Shown here: positions 25,058-39,018 of the stretch, in pieces
Layout: every line of letters begins with the position of its first letter
Position numbering within the stretch: position 1 is the first letter of the stretch
DNA from: Malacoraja senta
Lineage: Eukaryota
DNA length: 64,000 bases
NCBI GenBank assembly: GCA_038087875.1
Contig: CM075994.1
Span: 6,760,001-6,824,000 of the forward strand
Reading direction: 5' to 3'
Position numbers and translations under genes: made by a program
Notes under the pieces: generated by a model
Told to the model about the DNA's origin: nothing
Databases searched by the model: none
Seen by the model: the letters and a program-made list of their open reading frames with translations, nothing else

Positions 25058-27150
25058 GGTGGTGCCGTAAGTAAGTGGCAGCCTCGCCAACTGCCTGTCT
25101 TGTCCTTTTCTTCTTTTTGTTGTTTATAGTCTGTTTTTATTGTACGTTTTAGTGTACTTTACGTTTGTACTAGACCAAGTAGGCCCCGGTGGGACCTGCT
25201 CCCCCACGCAATATTCCACCACTCACCCATAGCCCCCAACTGCGCAGGCGCGGCGGACGTTTTTAAAGTTTACGTTTTTTAAATGAAACCTCACGTTGGG
25301 GGCGGTGTCGGTGCTCCACGGAGCCAATCAATCGTTCCCACGTGGGGGGGGGGCGGCATCAGCGCTCACGTCCCCCCCATCCCACCTCCCCACAAGTAAC
25401 ATTCTGGAGGTCTATTTTGGAGGTCTAGTCTTTTTATGTGGGGGGGGGGGGGGAGGGGGGGAAGGGGGAAACTGTATTTTCTCAGTCCTCCCAGGTCGGA
25501 GATGCGATTTTCCTCCGTGCTGCTTCTTCGCCCCCTCCTCGCGGCCTACCATCAGACTGGAGCGGCGTTTCTTGCCGGGACTGGCCGGGACTACAGCTTT
25601 GGCGGCGGCACAGCGCTGGGACACCATCAAGGAGCGGGCGATGCCTTACCCGGATCGCCGTGCGGTAAGCTCCGGAGCGCTGTGACCGTCGACTCCAACA
25701 TCCGAGGAGCTGTGGCTGCGGTATTTAAAACACCGTGGACCCTGGGATCTCTCGCCGATATCGCCAGAGTCGGAGCTCCGACCAGCACGGCCTGAGGACT
25801 TCGGGAGCCGCGGTCTCCGGGGAGGAAGCGGCTGTTCCAGACATTTCCAAGCTGCTGAAGAATGTTCACCCGACGCCGTCTTCCCGGCGACTGGATGCGG
25901 AGGCCTCAAATAGGCCCCAACCTCGGGTGGACTAGGAGGAGGAGGACTGGACTTTTTGGTGCCTTCCCTCACAGTGGAAAGTGTTGATTCTGCTGTGGGG
26001 AGACGTTCATGTTGAATCCTATAGTGTATTGTGTCTTTTTAAATTTTTTTCTTTTATATGGATGTATGGTAATCTAATTTCTTCTCTGTAAAGCACTTTT
26101 GCTTCAACGTGATTTGATTTAAAAGTGCTATATAAATAAAAATTACTTACTAACTTACTATGTCATAGCTCTAACTGCCACTGCTGAACCTTTCTCAAAC
26201 TGGATTTAGTAAAGATAAAAAATGTTAATAACTTGTAAAATACAACATCAATCTGAACGAAACTTGTTGAAAACACACCACAAGACAATTGTGAGTAAGG
26301 TGGTGCAAACATTTTAGTACTATCGTGAACCGTTTTTGCCTAATTTCAGGATCTCACACACACGCAGACAGATATCCAAACAAGATGAGCGTTTTAGTAA
26401 TATATAGATTATGTGGGGGGGGGGGTTGGGTGTTGGGGGAATACTTGTTAAAATCTCTTCCCTCGACGGAGATGCGACTTTTTCTGTATCGTATTTCCGT
26501 CCACACTGCGGCCTTAACATCGTGGAGTTGATGATCCCTTTGTTAGGGATCGACTTCGGGAGCTCCAGCAGCAGGAGCTTTGACCGCCCCGATCGCAGGA
26601 GTCCCAATCACCCCGATGTGGGGACTTCGATCGCCGACTGCAGGAGCTTCGATCACCCCGACCGCGGATGTTTCGATTGTCCCGACCGCGGGAGAAAAGG
26701 AGGAAAGAAGGTACAAGTTATTTGCCTTCCATCACAGTGGGGAATGTGAGGTTGCCAAAGAAACAAGATGGACGTGCTGCCTGCACTGGTGAGGACTCGG
26801 AGGCAGTGCCGTGAGTGCAGTGGTCTTGGTGTTTGCGGGGATATCGCTCCATGTGGACATCCCAGAGTCTAGTGTGAGTGTGGACGGCTTTCTGACTGTT
26901 TGGGCGGACAGGGACTGCAGAGAGAGTGACGGCGGTCACATCACGGTGAGGGGCCCTGTGTGTGGCCCGGACATTGAACTGATGGTTGTGGGTGTCCGCT
27001 TATGCTGTGTGCCCTGGGGATTCTCACACACCACTGTGGTGGCAGTTTAAGTCTATGTTTAATCTTTATGTAGTTATGTATCTTTTTTTTGTATGACTGT
27101 AATGGCAAATCAAATTTCACTGTACCATTGTATTGTATTGTATTGTATTG
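25058..27150 (+). mobile_element. Rex1-derived internally deleted element hosting the Helitron
   Basis: Head GGTGGTGCC..GGCAGCCTCGCC at 25058; decayed Rex1-type endonuclease remnant at 26811-27050 (VFAGISLHVDIPESSVSVDGFLTVWADRD...CGPDIELMVVGVR..PWGFSHTTVVAV); tail TTGTATGACTGTAATGGCAAATCAAATTTC. Confidence 0.55.
25170..26408 (-). mobile_element. Non-autonomous Helitron
   Basis: Minus strand begins A|TCTATATATTACTAAAA (26408) and ends GCAGGTCCCACCGGGGCCTACTTGGTCTAG|T (25170): 5'-TC, a GC hairpin shortly before 3'-CTAG, inserted between host A and T with no TSD. The host repeat rejoins as GTTTGTA^TTATGTGGGGG. Confidence 0.75.
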
Positions 27151-28039
27151 TATGATCCTCTCAACAGAAAATAATAATAGCGGGAAGGGTAGTCCCAAAG
27201 AGATGGCAAAATAATCAGTCAAAGCTTGGTTTGTAGCAGAAGTGAGATAAAATTGTGGGAGGCATTGCTTGTTATATTGTTGTTACCGTGAGAAATGCAG
27301 ATACACTTCCTATTCTCTGTTCCTTCGCAGTGTCAAGGTCAGCGTCACTTTCAATTCCTGTAATTTGATTTGAACTCTTTGCTCCAATTTGTGTACCGCT
27401 GCTAACGACTCTGAGAACATGGCACAAGGGCGGCACGGTGGCGCAGCGGGTAGAGCTGCTGCCTCACAGCATCACAGACCCGGGTTCAATCCTGACCTCG
27501 GGTGCTGTCTGTACGGAGTTTGTACGTTCTCCCCGTGACTGAGTGGGTTTTCTCCAGGTGCTCCGGTTTCCTCCCACAGTCTTAAAAACATGCAGGTTTG
27601 TAGGTTGATTGGCCTGGGTACATTTTTAAATTGTCACCTCGTGTGTGTAGGATAGTGTTATCTACGATTTTATGACTTTATAAAGTCCAATGAACTCTGT
27701 TTAAAGATAGTGTAAAATTCTCCAACGTGGAAGATGTGAGGTCAACACATTGCACCTGCCGCACCCATACAGGGGTGGGTTCAGGCACAGATGCCCTTGC
27801 ACGTTACCACATGGTTCTTTAACTCCTTCCCTCTCCCTTCCCCTGAATCCTCTTCTATTTCAGTGACACATCGCCCACCCTCCACCTGATCCCCACCCTC
27901 TGCCCCCTGCACACCTCTCCCTCATTCTCGCTTGCCACTTTGACCTTTCCTTGAGAAACCCGGAGGGCAGGTAGGCTGGAGGCAGGGACTATTTGTGGTG
28001 ACATTAAATGATAGAACAGGGTTCAAGTGCTGAACGAAC

Positions 28040-28220
28040 ATAAAACATAGAACATAGAACATAGAACATAAAACGTAGAACTTAGAACATGGAACATGGA
28101 ACGTGGAACGTGGAACTTGGAACTTGGAACTTGGAACTTGGAACTGGGAACTTGGAACTTGGAACTTGGAACTTGGAACGTGGAACTTGGAACTTGGAAC
28201 TTGGAACTTGGAACTTGCAA
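28040..28220. repeat. Heptamer array grading from (AGAACAT)n to (GGAACTT)n
   Basis: Directly visible. Confidence 0.95.
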
Positions 28221-28879
28221 CATAGAAAGAACAACAATGAAAGGCTTATATAGAGTGGATGTGGAGAGGATGTTTCCATCCGTGGGAGTGTCTAGGTCAC
28301 AACCTCAGAATTAAAGGACGTTCAATTAAAAGAGAAGAGGAGAAATGTCTTTAGTCAGAGGGTAGTGAATCTGTGGAATTCTTTGCCACAGAAGGCTGTG
28401 TGCACCACCCTCTGTGTAAAAAAAACTTGCCCCGCATATCTCCTTTAAAGTTTTCCCCTCTCACCTGAAGTTTATGCCCCCGAGTATTCGATATTTCAAT
28501 CTTGGGAGAAAGGTTCTGACTGTTTACCCTATACATGCCTTAATTTTATAAACTTCTATCAGGTCTCCCTCAACCTCCTACATTCCAGAGAAAACAATAC
28601 AAGTCTGTTCAAACCCTCCTTGTACCTAAAACCCTCCAATCCAGGCAGTGTTGTGGTAAACCTCCTCTGCACCCTCTCCAAAGCCTCCACATCCTTCCTG
28701 CAATGGGGGCGACCAGAAATGCATGCAATACTCCAAAGTCCTATCATGAGCACCTGTTTCTTACACTAAATGCCCTGAGCAATAAAGGCAAGCTTACCGT
28801 AAGCTTTCGAAGACCACTTGAACAAGATGTTTGTGATTTCACAAATTCAGCAAATTTGTAAATTGGTGAATTTTAGGCA

Positions 28880-31800
28880 ATTAATCAGCCAATATAAGCT
28901 AGGTTTGCTCTAGGCGAGCGGCCTGTCGGGAAGTGGCCTTGTCGAGGGAAGTGGCCTTGTGAGAAAAGTGTGAGTCTTTGGCTGAAGAATCTTCGGCGAG
29001 GAGGCTGAGGAGAGGAGACTACGCCAAAATTTGGAGAGGACGAGACGCGGTGAAGACATGACACGTAAGCTGATTCAGTGTGAGGTTTGCAGGATGTGGG
29101 AGGTCAGGGGCACTGATAGTGCCTCTGACTGCTACAACTGTGGAAAGTGTGTCCAGGTTCAGCTCCTGAAGGACTGTGTTGGGGCACTGGAGATGCAACT
29201 TGATGACCTCAGGATCATCCGGGAAAACGTGAGTTTCCTGGACAGGACCTACAGTAAGATCGTTACATTTAAGATACCCGAAGAGAGAAGGTGGGTGATG
29301 ATGGGGAATGGAAGGAAGCTTGGAGTACAGGGGACCACGGGGGATGTACCTCTTGAAAACAGGTTCACCCTCTTGGAAGCTGTCGGGGCAGAAGACACTG
29401 CCATTCTGAGCGGGGGACAGGTCTGCGAGTCAAAATGTGGTGCTGAGGCAAAACCAAAGAGACAGACGTCAGGCAGAGCCATGGTAGTCGGGGACTCCAT
29501 CGTGAGAGGTACAGACAGGGGTTTCTGCGGCAACATGCGGGATTCTAGGATGGTGTGTTGCCTCCCTGGTGCCAAGATCCAGGACGTCACGGACCGATTG
29601 CAGGGCATCTTCAAGGGTGAAGGTGAGCAGCCGGAAGTGGCAGTGCATGTCGGCACAAATGATGTCGGGAAGAAGAGGAAAGAGATTCTGCAGCGTGATT
29701 TCAGAGAACTCGGAAGAAGGCTGAAAAGCAGAACCTCCAGGGTGGTTATCTCCGGTTTGCTTCCAGTTCCTCGTGCTGGTGAGGGCAGGAACAGGGAGAT
29801 AGGGGATCTGAAAGTGTGGCTGAGGAGCTGGTGCGGGAAGCAGGAATTTAGATTCTTAGACCACTGGGATCTGTTTTGGGGGAAGGGTGAATGGTACAAA
29901 AAAGGGTGAATTGCACCTTAACAGGAGGGGGGACCAGCATTCTGGCAGGCAGGTGTGCGACTGCTACACAGGTGGGTTTAAACTGAATAGTGGGGGGGGG
30001 GGGGGGGGGACCAACTGGAGATATAACGATGGATTTAAAGAGAAAGAGAGTATAAGAAAAGTTAAGAAAGATACCATAATTAACGGGGCAGAAAGCTCAG
30101 GAAGGGATAGGAGAGTAAGGCCAAGTGAAATAGGAATCAATGAGAAAGGTGAAGGGAGTAATGGATTAAAAGTATCATATGTGAATGCATGAAATACAAG
30201 AAATAAAGTGGATGAGCTTGAGGCTCAGTTAGAAATTGGCAAGTATGATGTTGTGGGAATTACAGAGACATGGCTGAAAGAGGGCCAGGGATGGCAACTG
30301 AATATTCAAGGGTATAAATCCTATCGAAAAGACAGACAGGTGGGTAGAGGGGGTGTGGTAGCTCTGTTGGTGAGGAATGAAATTCAGTCCCTTGCGAGGG
30401 GTGACATAGAATCAGGAGATGTAGAGTCGGTATGGATCGAACTGAGGAATTGTAAGGGTAAAAAGAGCCTGATGGGAGTTATCTACAGGCCCCCAAACAG
30501 TAGCCTGGATATAGGGTGCAAGTTGAATCAGGAGTTAAAATTGGCGTGTCGCAAAGGTAATGCTGTGGTTGTTATGGGAGACTTCAACACACAGGTAGAC
30601 TGGGAAACTTAGGTTGGTGCTGGATCCCAAGAAAGGGAGTTTGTGGAGTGATAGATTCTTAGAGCAGCTTGTACTGGAGCCTACCAGGGAGAAGGCAATT
30701 CTGGATTTAGTGTTGTGTAATGAACGGGATTTGATAAGGGAACTCGAGGTAAAGGAGCCATTAGGAGATAGTGACCATAATATGATAAGTTTTAATCTAT
30801 AATTGGAGAGGGAGAAGGGAAAATAGGAAGTGTCAGTATTACTGTTGAAAAAAGGGGACTATGGTGCCATGAGAGAGGAGCTGGCCAAAGTTGACTGGAA
30901 AGAGACCCTAGCAGGGATGACAGTGGAACAACAATGGCAGATATTTTGGGGAATAATACAGAAGATGCAGGATCGGTTAATTCCAAAGAGGAAGAAAGAT
31001 TCTAAGGGGAGTAAGAGGCTACCGTGGCTGACAAGGGAAGTCCAGGACAGTATAAAAATAAAAGAGAAGTATAACATAACAAAGATGAGCGGGAAGCCTG
31101 AGGATTGGGAAACTTTTAAAGAGCAACAGAAGATAACTAAAAAGGTAATACGGGGGGGGGGGGGGGAAGATGAGGTACGAAGGTAAGCTAGCCAAGAATA
31201 TAAAGGAGGATAGCAAAAGCATTTTAAAGTATGTGAAGAGGAAAAAATTAGTTAAGACCAAAGTTGGAGACTGAAACAGGTGAATTTATTATGGGGAACA
31301 AGGAAATGGCAGACGAGTTAAATAGGTACTTTGGATCCGTCTTCACTAATGAAGACACAATCTCCCTGATGTACTAGTGGCCAGAGGATCTAGGGTGACG
31401 GTGGAACTGAAGGAAATGCACATTAGGCAGGAAATGGTGTTGGGTAGACTGATGGGACTGAAGGCTGATAAATCCCCAGGGCCTGATGACTGCATCCCAG
31501 GGTACTTAAGGAAGTGGCTCTAGAAATTGTGGATGCATTGGTGATCATTTTCCAATGTTCTATAGATTCAGGATCAGTTCCTGTGGATTGGAGGGTAGCT
31601 AAAGTTATCCCACTTTATTCGGTTTAATGTGGATAAATGTGAGGGTATCCACTTTGGTGGCAAAAACAGGAAGGCAGATTATTGTCTGAATGGTGTCAAG
31701 TTGGGAAAAGGGGAAGTACAACGAGATCTGAGGGGTCCTTGTTCAAGTAAGCATGCAAGTACAGCAGGCAGTGAAGAAAGCTAATGGCATGTTGGCCTTC

Positions 31801-32440
31801 ATAACAGGAGGAGTTGAATATAGGAGAAAAGAGGTCCTTCTGCAGTTGTGCAGGGCCCTAGTGAGGCCACACCTGGAGTACTGTGTGCAGTTTTGGTGTC
31901 CAAATTAGAGGAAGGGCATTCTTGCTATTGAGGGAGTGCAGCGTGGGTTCACAAGGTTAATTCCCAGGATGGCGGGACGTTCATATGCTGAGAGAATGGA
32001 GCGGCTGGGCTTGTATACTCTGGAATTTAGAAGGATGAGAGGGGTTCTTATTGAAACATATACAATTATTAAAGGATTGGACATGCTAGAGGCAGGAAAC
32101 ATGTTCCCAATGTTTGGGGAATCCAGAACCAGGGGCCACAGTTTAAGAATAAGGGGTAGGCCATTTAGAACGGAGATGAGGAAATACTTTTTCACCCAGA
32201 GAGTTGTGAATCTGTGTAATTCTCTGCCTCAGGTGGCAGTGGAGGCCAATTCTCTGGATGCTTTCAAAAGAGAATTAGATAGAGCTCTTAAAGATAGCGG
32301 AGTCAGGGGATATGGCGAGAAGGCAGGAACGGGATACTGATTGTGGTTGATTAGCCATGCCCATGATCATATTGAATGGCGGTGCTGGCTCGAAGGGCCG
32401 AATGGCCTACTCGTGCACATATTGGCTATTGCCTATTGTC
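28880..32440 (+). mobile_element. Near full-length CR1 LINE with intact-looking ORF1 and an internal RT deletion
   Basis: ORF1 29031-29909 has a zinc finger (CEVCRMWE...CGKC), a leucine-rich coil and an SGNH/GDSL esterase (VVGDSIVRG, VHVGTND). ORF2 APE endonuclease (GITETW, IYRPP, GDFN, SDH) from about 30160 has stops and frameshifts; sequence jumps at about 31620 to the post-RT C-terminus; 3'UTR runs to about 32440. Confidence 0.9.
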
Positions 32441-33374
32441 ACTTCTCAGTTTCAATGCACAGTAAACCACAGCAACAAATTTCCAACCCTTTCCCATTTT
32501 GTTGTCCCTTGATAGACTCGACGAGGAATTCCCCATACATTCTAAATCCACATTTAGTCACGGCGCAGGGAGTACATCGCATGTTGTTCCTGTTTCAACC
32601 CCTTAACTCTAAACTAAACGAAACTGAACTAAACTACACTAAACTAAACTAACCATACAAATAAGGGTTGGAAGGAACTGCAGATACTGGTTTAAATCGA
32701 AGATAGATACAATATGCTGGAGTAACTCAGTGGGACCCCTCTTCAGACTGAGGGTCAGGAGGGAGTCTGGAGATATGGAAGGGTAAGATGTGAAAATGAC
32801 AGATGAAAGCAGGCGATGCTGAAATGTCGAATGGTTTATTGTTAGCTGATGGGAAGGTGAGAAGGGGGCATATACACAGTAAATTTAATGAGAAGATACG
32901 TACACAAAATGCTGGAGTAACTCAACGGGACAGGCAGCATCTCTGGAGAGAAGGAATGGGTGACGTTTCGGGTCGAGATCCTACTTCAGACTGATGCCAG
33001 GGGCGTGGGCGGTACAGAGATAAGGAAGTCTAAGGTGTGAAAACAGGACCAAGAGAATAAAGTTCAAGGACCTGACATCAGTCTGAAGAAGGGTCTCGAC
33101 CCGATGCGTCACCCATTCCTTCTCTCCAGAGATGCTGCCTGTCACGCTGAGTTACTCCAGCATTTTGTGTCGATTAACCATGCAAGTAACGTGGGAGGAA
33201 ACCCGAGCACCCGAAGGAAACCCATGCAGATCACGTGCAAACTCCGTACAGACAGCACCCGTAGTCAGGATCGAACCCGGGTCTCTGGTGCTGTGAGGCA
33301 GCAACTCTACCGCTGCACCAATGTTTTGCCCCTGTGACCGCGTGGGTTTTCTCCAAGTTAATTGTTTGTTTGTT

Positions 33375-33645
<271 letters not shown>

Positions 33646-36600
33646 TAGAATCAAATACACAGGACAAGATGTTAAGAAGTCCCTTGTGCCAATAGGTGGG
33701 GAGCATTTCACGACATTCGTTGATTGTTGAGAGTGGTAGACGCTCAACATCGGGGGGGGGGGGGTGGGGGGGGGGTAACCTTCAGGGCAGTTGGGCACAG
33801 GACACATCATCAGTAGTGTACCCTTGCATCACTGGGTGTTTCGGCCTTTTAACACTATACACCCTCCACAAGGGCGGCCCGCTGCAGGATGATCAACCCT
33901 CAGCGCATGTCCCGTGTCAAACCGTCCCAAAGATTCACCCCGACATATTGGGGCCCAGCATGGGTCTTTCCGCTTGAGCTAAATCCACCGGCTGCTTCTT
34001 TCAGCCGCCTCTGAGAGTGATCTTATGGTCTTCTGCAGAGCCTGACCGTGGATTCCAAGCTCCTTCAGCAGTCTGATGGTAGATGACGCAACAAATCCTC
34101 TGCATCCCACTTCAACTGGATAGACTTTGGTGTTCCAGCCACGCTGCGTTGCCTCTGCTGCAAGCTCTGCGTAGCGCAGCTTCTTATGCTCATAGGCCTC
34201 CTCAACAGAGTTCTCCCATGGAACTGTGAGCTCTATGATGTAAGCAGTCTTCTGTGAAGGGGACCAGAACACCAAGTCTGGCCTGAGGTTGGTGGAAGCA
34301 ATTTCAGGTGGATAAATTAGTTGTCGGCCGATGTCCGCCAGCATCCTCCAGTCACGGGCCCTGCATTGGTTTCCTTCTTCTGATCTGGTGGAAGGAAGTT
34401 TAGAAGTTTTCTGTCCTTCTCGGACAAAGGTTGTTACCCTTAGGGGAGGGGGGTTGCTTGCTCTCGGAGGCAAGGAGTTGGTCGCACACCGCCTGTTCTC
34501 AAGGGCTGATGCCAGGCTTTTTAGTACCTGATTATGCCGCCACGTGTATCTCCCTTGCGTGAGGCTGGTCTTGCAGCCTACCATGATGTGTTTGAGGGTC
34601 GCTGGAGTTGGGCAGATGGCACAGGTTGGATCCTCGCCGTACCACTGATGGAGGTTCTTTGGTGATGGAAGCACGTCATATGTCGCTCTGATGATGAAGC
34701 TGATCTTGCTTGCTTCCATTTCCCATAGTTCTTTCCAGCTGATCTTCCTCCGCTCCACACCTTCCCACTGCATCCATTGCCCCTACATGGCAAGAGAGAC
34801 CGCCTTTGCACTTCTTGCGGCCTCCTCCTGTCGCCGCACCTCCTCAACCACCAACGTCCTCCGCTCTGATGTTGTGGCCTTTCGCCAAGTTGGTTTACTT
34901 GTCATAAGGCCAAAGCCTCCTCTTCCCTGCTGGACTTGCCCCACTATGTCTTTGTGCCTCAGGGCTGATGAAGCTTGCTGTACTGCATCAGATGGTGTCC
35001 ACTTCCGGCCAGTTGCTAGGGGCGGCGCAACAGCACTGATGATCTTGTCTCTAGAGTCCCTCAGTGTCATCTGGAGTCTTACTTTAGAACATTTATATTC
35101 CTCTGTTAGACTAGTGAGAGGTAGTTCCAGGACCCCTTTGCCATAGAGGCCGATGTTAGTTAGACATCGTGGGACACCGAGCCATTTCTTCACGTATGAA
35201 GTTATGGTTCGCTCCATCTTCTCCACAGTTGTTATTGGGGCTTCATAAACGGTCAGTAGCCACATTGTCCGAGGAAGGAGTCCAAACTGTAGGCACCAGA
35301 GCTTCAGTTTCCCAGGCAGTAGGGTCTGATTGATGTTTTCCAGTCCATTGACAATTTCTTGCCTTAGTTGTTGCACCTGCTCTTTGTCCTTGAGACTTGC
35401 GTTATACCATCTTCCCAGGCTTTTAACTGGCTGCTCAGACACTGTTGGTATTGGGTCGTCACCGATACAGAACCTTGTGTCTCTAAGCACCCCCTTGGCT
35501 ATGGAGATGCTTCGAGATTTACTTGGTTTGATTTTCATTCGGGCCCACTTGATGTTCTCCTGCAGCTTTCCAAGTAGCCGCTTGGTGCATGCTGCAGTAG
35601 TGGTTAGTGTTGTCATGTCGTCCATGTATGCCCTGATGGGTGGCAGACGGAGCCCAGCCCTGGTTCGTTCACCGCCCACCACCCATTTTGAGGCCCTGAT
35701 GATGACTTCCATGGCCATTGTAAAGGCCAAGGGTGAGACTGTGCAGCCTGCCATGATGCCTACTTCCAAGCGCTGCCATGTTGTACTGAAGTCAGCTGTT
35801 GTGAAGCACAGCTGCAGGTCTTGGTAATATTTCTTGACCAGTGTGGTGATGAGCTCTGGTACATGAAAAAAGGCAAAAGATTCCCAAAGGAGTTCATGGG
35901 GAACTGAACCAAATGCATTGGCCAGATCGAGGAAGATCACATGTAGGTCTCTCTTGTCCTTCTTAGCTGCTTGGATCTGGTGCCAGATCATGCTTGTATG
36001 CTCCAAGCAGCCCGAAAATCCTGGGATTCCTGCTTTCTGTACAGATGTATCAATGTACTTGTTTGTTACCAGATAGGTGGACAGCCTTTGTGATACAATG
36101 CTAAAAAAGATTTTTCCCTCGACGTTGAGGAGACATATTGGCCGGAATTGGCTGATGTCTGACGAATCCTTTTCTTTAGGTATTAGCACGCCGCCGGCCC
36201 TTCGCCACGCCTTAGGTATTGTTTGCTTCTTTCACACCACCCTCATGAGCTTCCATAGAAAGTGTAACACATCCGGTGCGTTCTTATAGAGCTTGTATGG
36301 TACTCCGTTTGGCCCCGGAGCTGATGCTGCTCTTGCTCGCCGGACCGTGTTCTCCACCTCTTTCCATCTCGGAGGGCTGGTGTCCATGTTGAATTCAGGT
36401 GGTTGAATAGGCTGAATGTCATGTGGGATGACTAACTGCTCATGCCTTTTCGTGTCTTTGTGGGCCTTTTCCAGATGTTCCTCCAATTCCTGTTTTGATG
36501 TTTTCAAAGTTCCACTTTTTTCCTTTGCGAAGAGGTCTTTGATGAACTTGAAAGGGTTTTTATAGAACCGTGTTCTTGTGTGTTCTTTCTTCTTGCGAAG

Positions 36601-37489
36601 TTTCCTCAAGTTCTCTGCTTTTCGCAAGGTTGCCAATCGGTTCTTGATGTCCTCTTGGAGTAGCATGAGACCTTCTCTCTCTGCGTCAGTTGCTTTTTTC
36701 CATTGCTTTTTCAACTGTCTCCTCTCTCTGATTAGCCTCTCGATCTCCTGCTGCCTCCTGGACTTGATTGGTGTTGGTCATTTCTTTCCACCTCTCCCTT
36801 TACTCACCCCAAACCGTTCTTCTCCATAGCTGTAGATTGTGTTGCCCATCCTTTCAAGCTTTTCCACTGCTGTGCCCGCTTGTTGCTCCAAGATATGTAT
36901 AAGGTCACTGTTGACCGTCTCCCACTCTTTCTTTTCAACAGCCTTGGGCCATTTCACTCCAGGTTTGTGCCCATTGATCTTTCCCTCCAATGGAGGTCTT
37001 TGTAGTTGTTGCGTGGGCTCCTCCACCGGCATTTCTGTGCTTGTATCACCCTCTTCAGTGACATGGGTGCTGATGCTCTGCGAACTTTGGTTTGTGTCCC
37101 GTCGCTGTGCTTCACTCGACTGATTTGACTGGTTGCTTCGTAAGAAGTACTGGTCAATGCGAGGCCCATGTTTCTGCTCTCTCAAGCACTTTTTCTTCCC
37201 TTGGTGGATCTTCAAGCCCTTCACTGATGTTAATTTCTCCCAACCACAGATGCACACCTGAAGTTTGTGTCCCGCAGCTGTTGTGGATGTCTCATGTGCC
37301 ATGCTCTCCTTGTCAGTAGTCGTTTCCGTTCCTGGGTCTGTAACCGTGTTATCAATCGGTGAGCCATCTTCCGCCCCCGCTCTCGCAGGCTCTAGGGGTA
37401 TTCTCTTTATTTTACTTTTAGTAGCATTTAGCGGGTGTCTCCAACTAGCTGAAACGGCGTTGGGGACTGCTGTCATGGGTAGCTAGCCC
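33646..37489 (-). mobile_element. Hero-clade (R2 group, RLE) non-LTR retrotransposon, near full length
   Basis: One reading frame from 37476 to 33979, broken only by in-frame stops. N-terminal zinc finger CICG..GLKIHQGKKKC; RT motifs FRPICLLN, FLDLANAFGSVPH, GIMAGCTVSP, AYMDD; CCHC knuckle CAIC..TLKHIMVGC; RHNQVL; PD-(D/E)xK nuclease RPD...IIELTVPWE...KKLRY. Confidence 0.9.
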
Positions 37490-38330
<841 letters not shown>

Positions 38331-38587
38331 TATGAAGGATCAATGCGTATTTGTGAGTATGTGTAAATATACTCACACTGATTTTTTTCCTTCTCATTTA
38401 TTATATTGTTTACAGTGTACTATGTTTACATAGTGCTGCTGTCAGTAAGAATGTCATTGTTCTATCTGGGACATTTGACAATAAAGCACTCTCGACTCTC
38501 TCTCGAATTGGTTTCTATAAAATGTCCCTAGCTGTAGGATGCGAAAATGGGATAACGTAGAACTAGTGTGAACGGGTCATCTATGGT

Positions 38588-39018
38588 TAGAAACATAGAA
38601 ACATAGAAAATAGGTACAGGAGTAGGCCATTCGGCCCTTCGAGCCCGCATAGTCATTCAATATGATCATGGCTGAACATCAAGAATCAGTACCCCGTTCC
38701 TGCTTTCTCACCATGTCCCTTGATTCCAAAGAGATATATCCAACTCTCTCTTGAATACATCCAGTGAATTGGTCACCACTGTCCTTTGTGGCAAAGAATT
38801 CCACAGATTCACAACTCTCTGGGTGAAAAGGATTGTCCTCATCTCAGTCCTATATGACCTTCCCATTATTCTTAAACTGTGACCCCTGGTTCTGGACTCC
38901 TCCAACATCGGGTACATTTTTCCTGCATCGAGCCTGTCCAATCCCTTAAGAATCTTATTTGTTTCGATAAGATCTCCTCCCACCCTTCTAAATTCCAGTG
39001 AATACAAGCCCAGTCGAT
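38588..39018 (-). mobile_element. CR1 3' fragment
   Basis: LDRLGLYSLEFRRVGGDLIE...FTQRVVNLWNSLP plus 3'UTR. Confidence 0.85.

Noticed and set aside
27331..27372. Strong acceptor followed by VKVSVTFN, loosely like the start of a PRY domain
   Set aside because: The frame stops within about 14 codons and no PRY/SPRY motifs follow.
29031..29909. Zinc-finger plus SGNH esterase ORF as a host or domesticated gene
   Set aside because: It is the normal ORF1 of CR1, directly followed by a decayed ORF2.
33979..36780. APOBEC-type hypermutation as the cause of the Hero stop codons
   Set aside because: Only four sites, with mixed G>A and C>T changes; ordinary transitions and CpG decay suffice without a consensus comparison.
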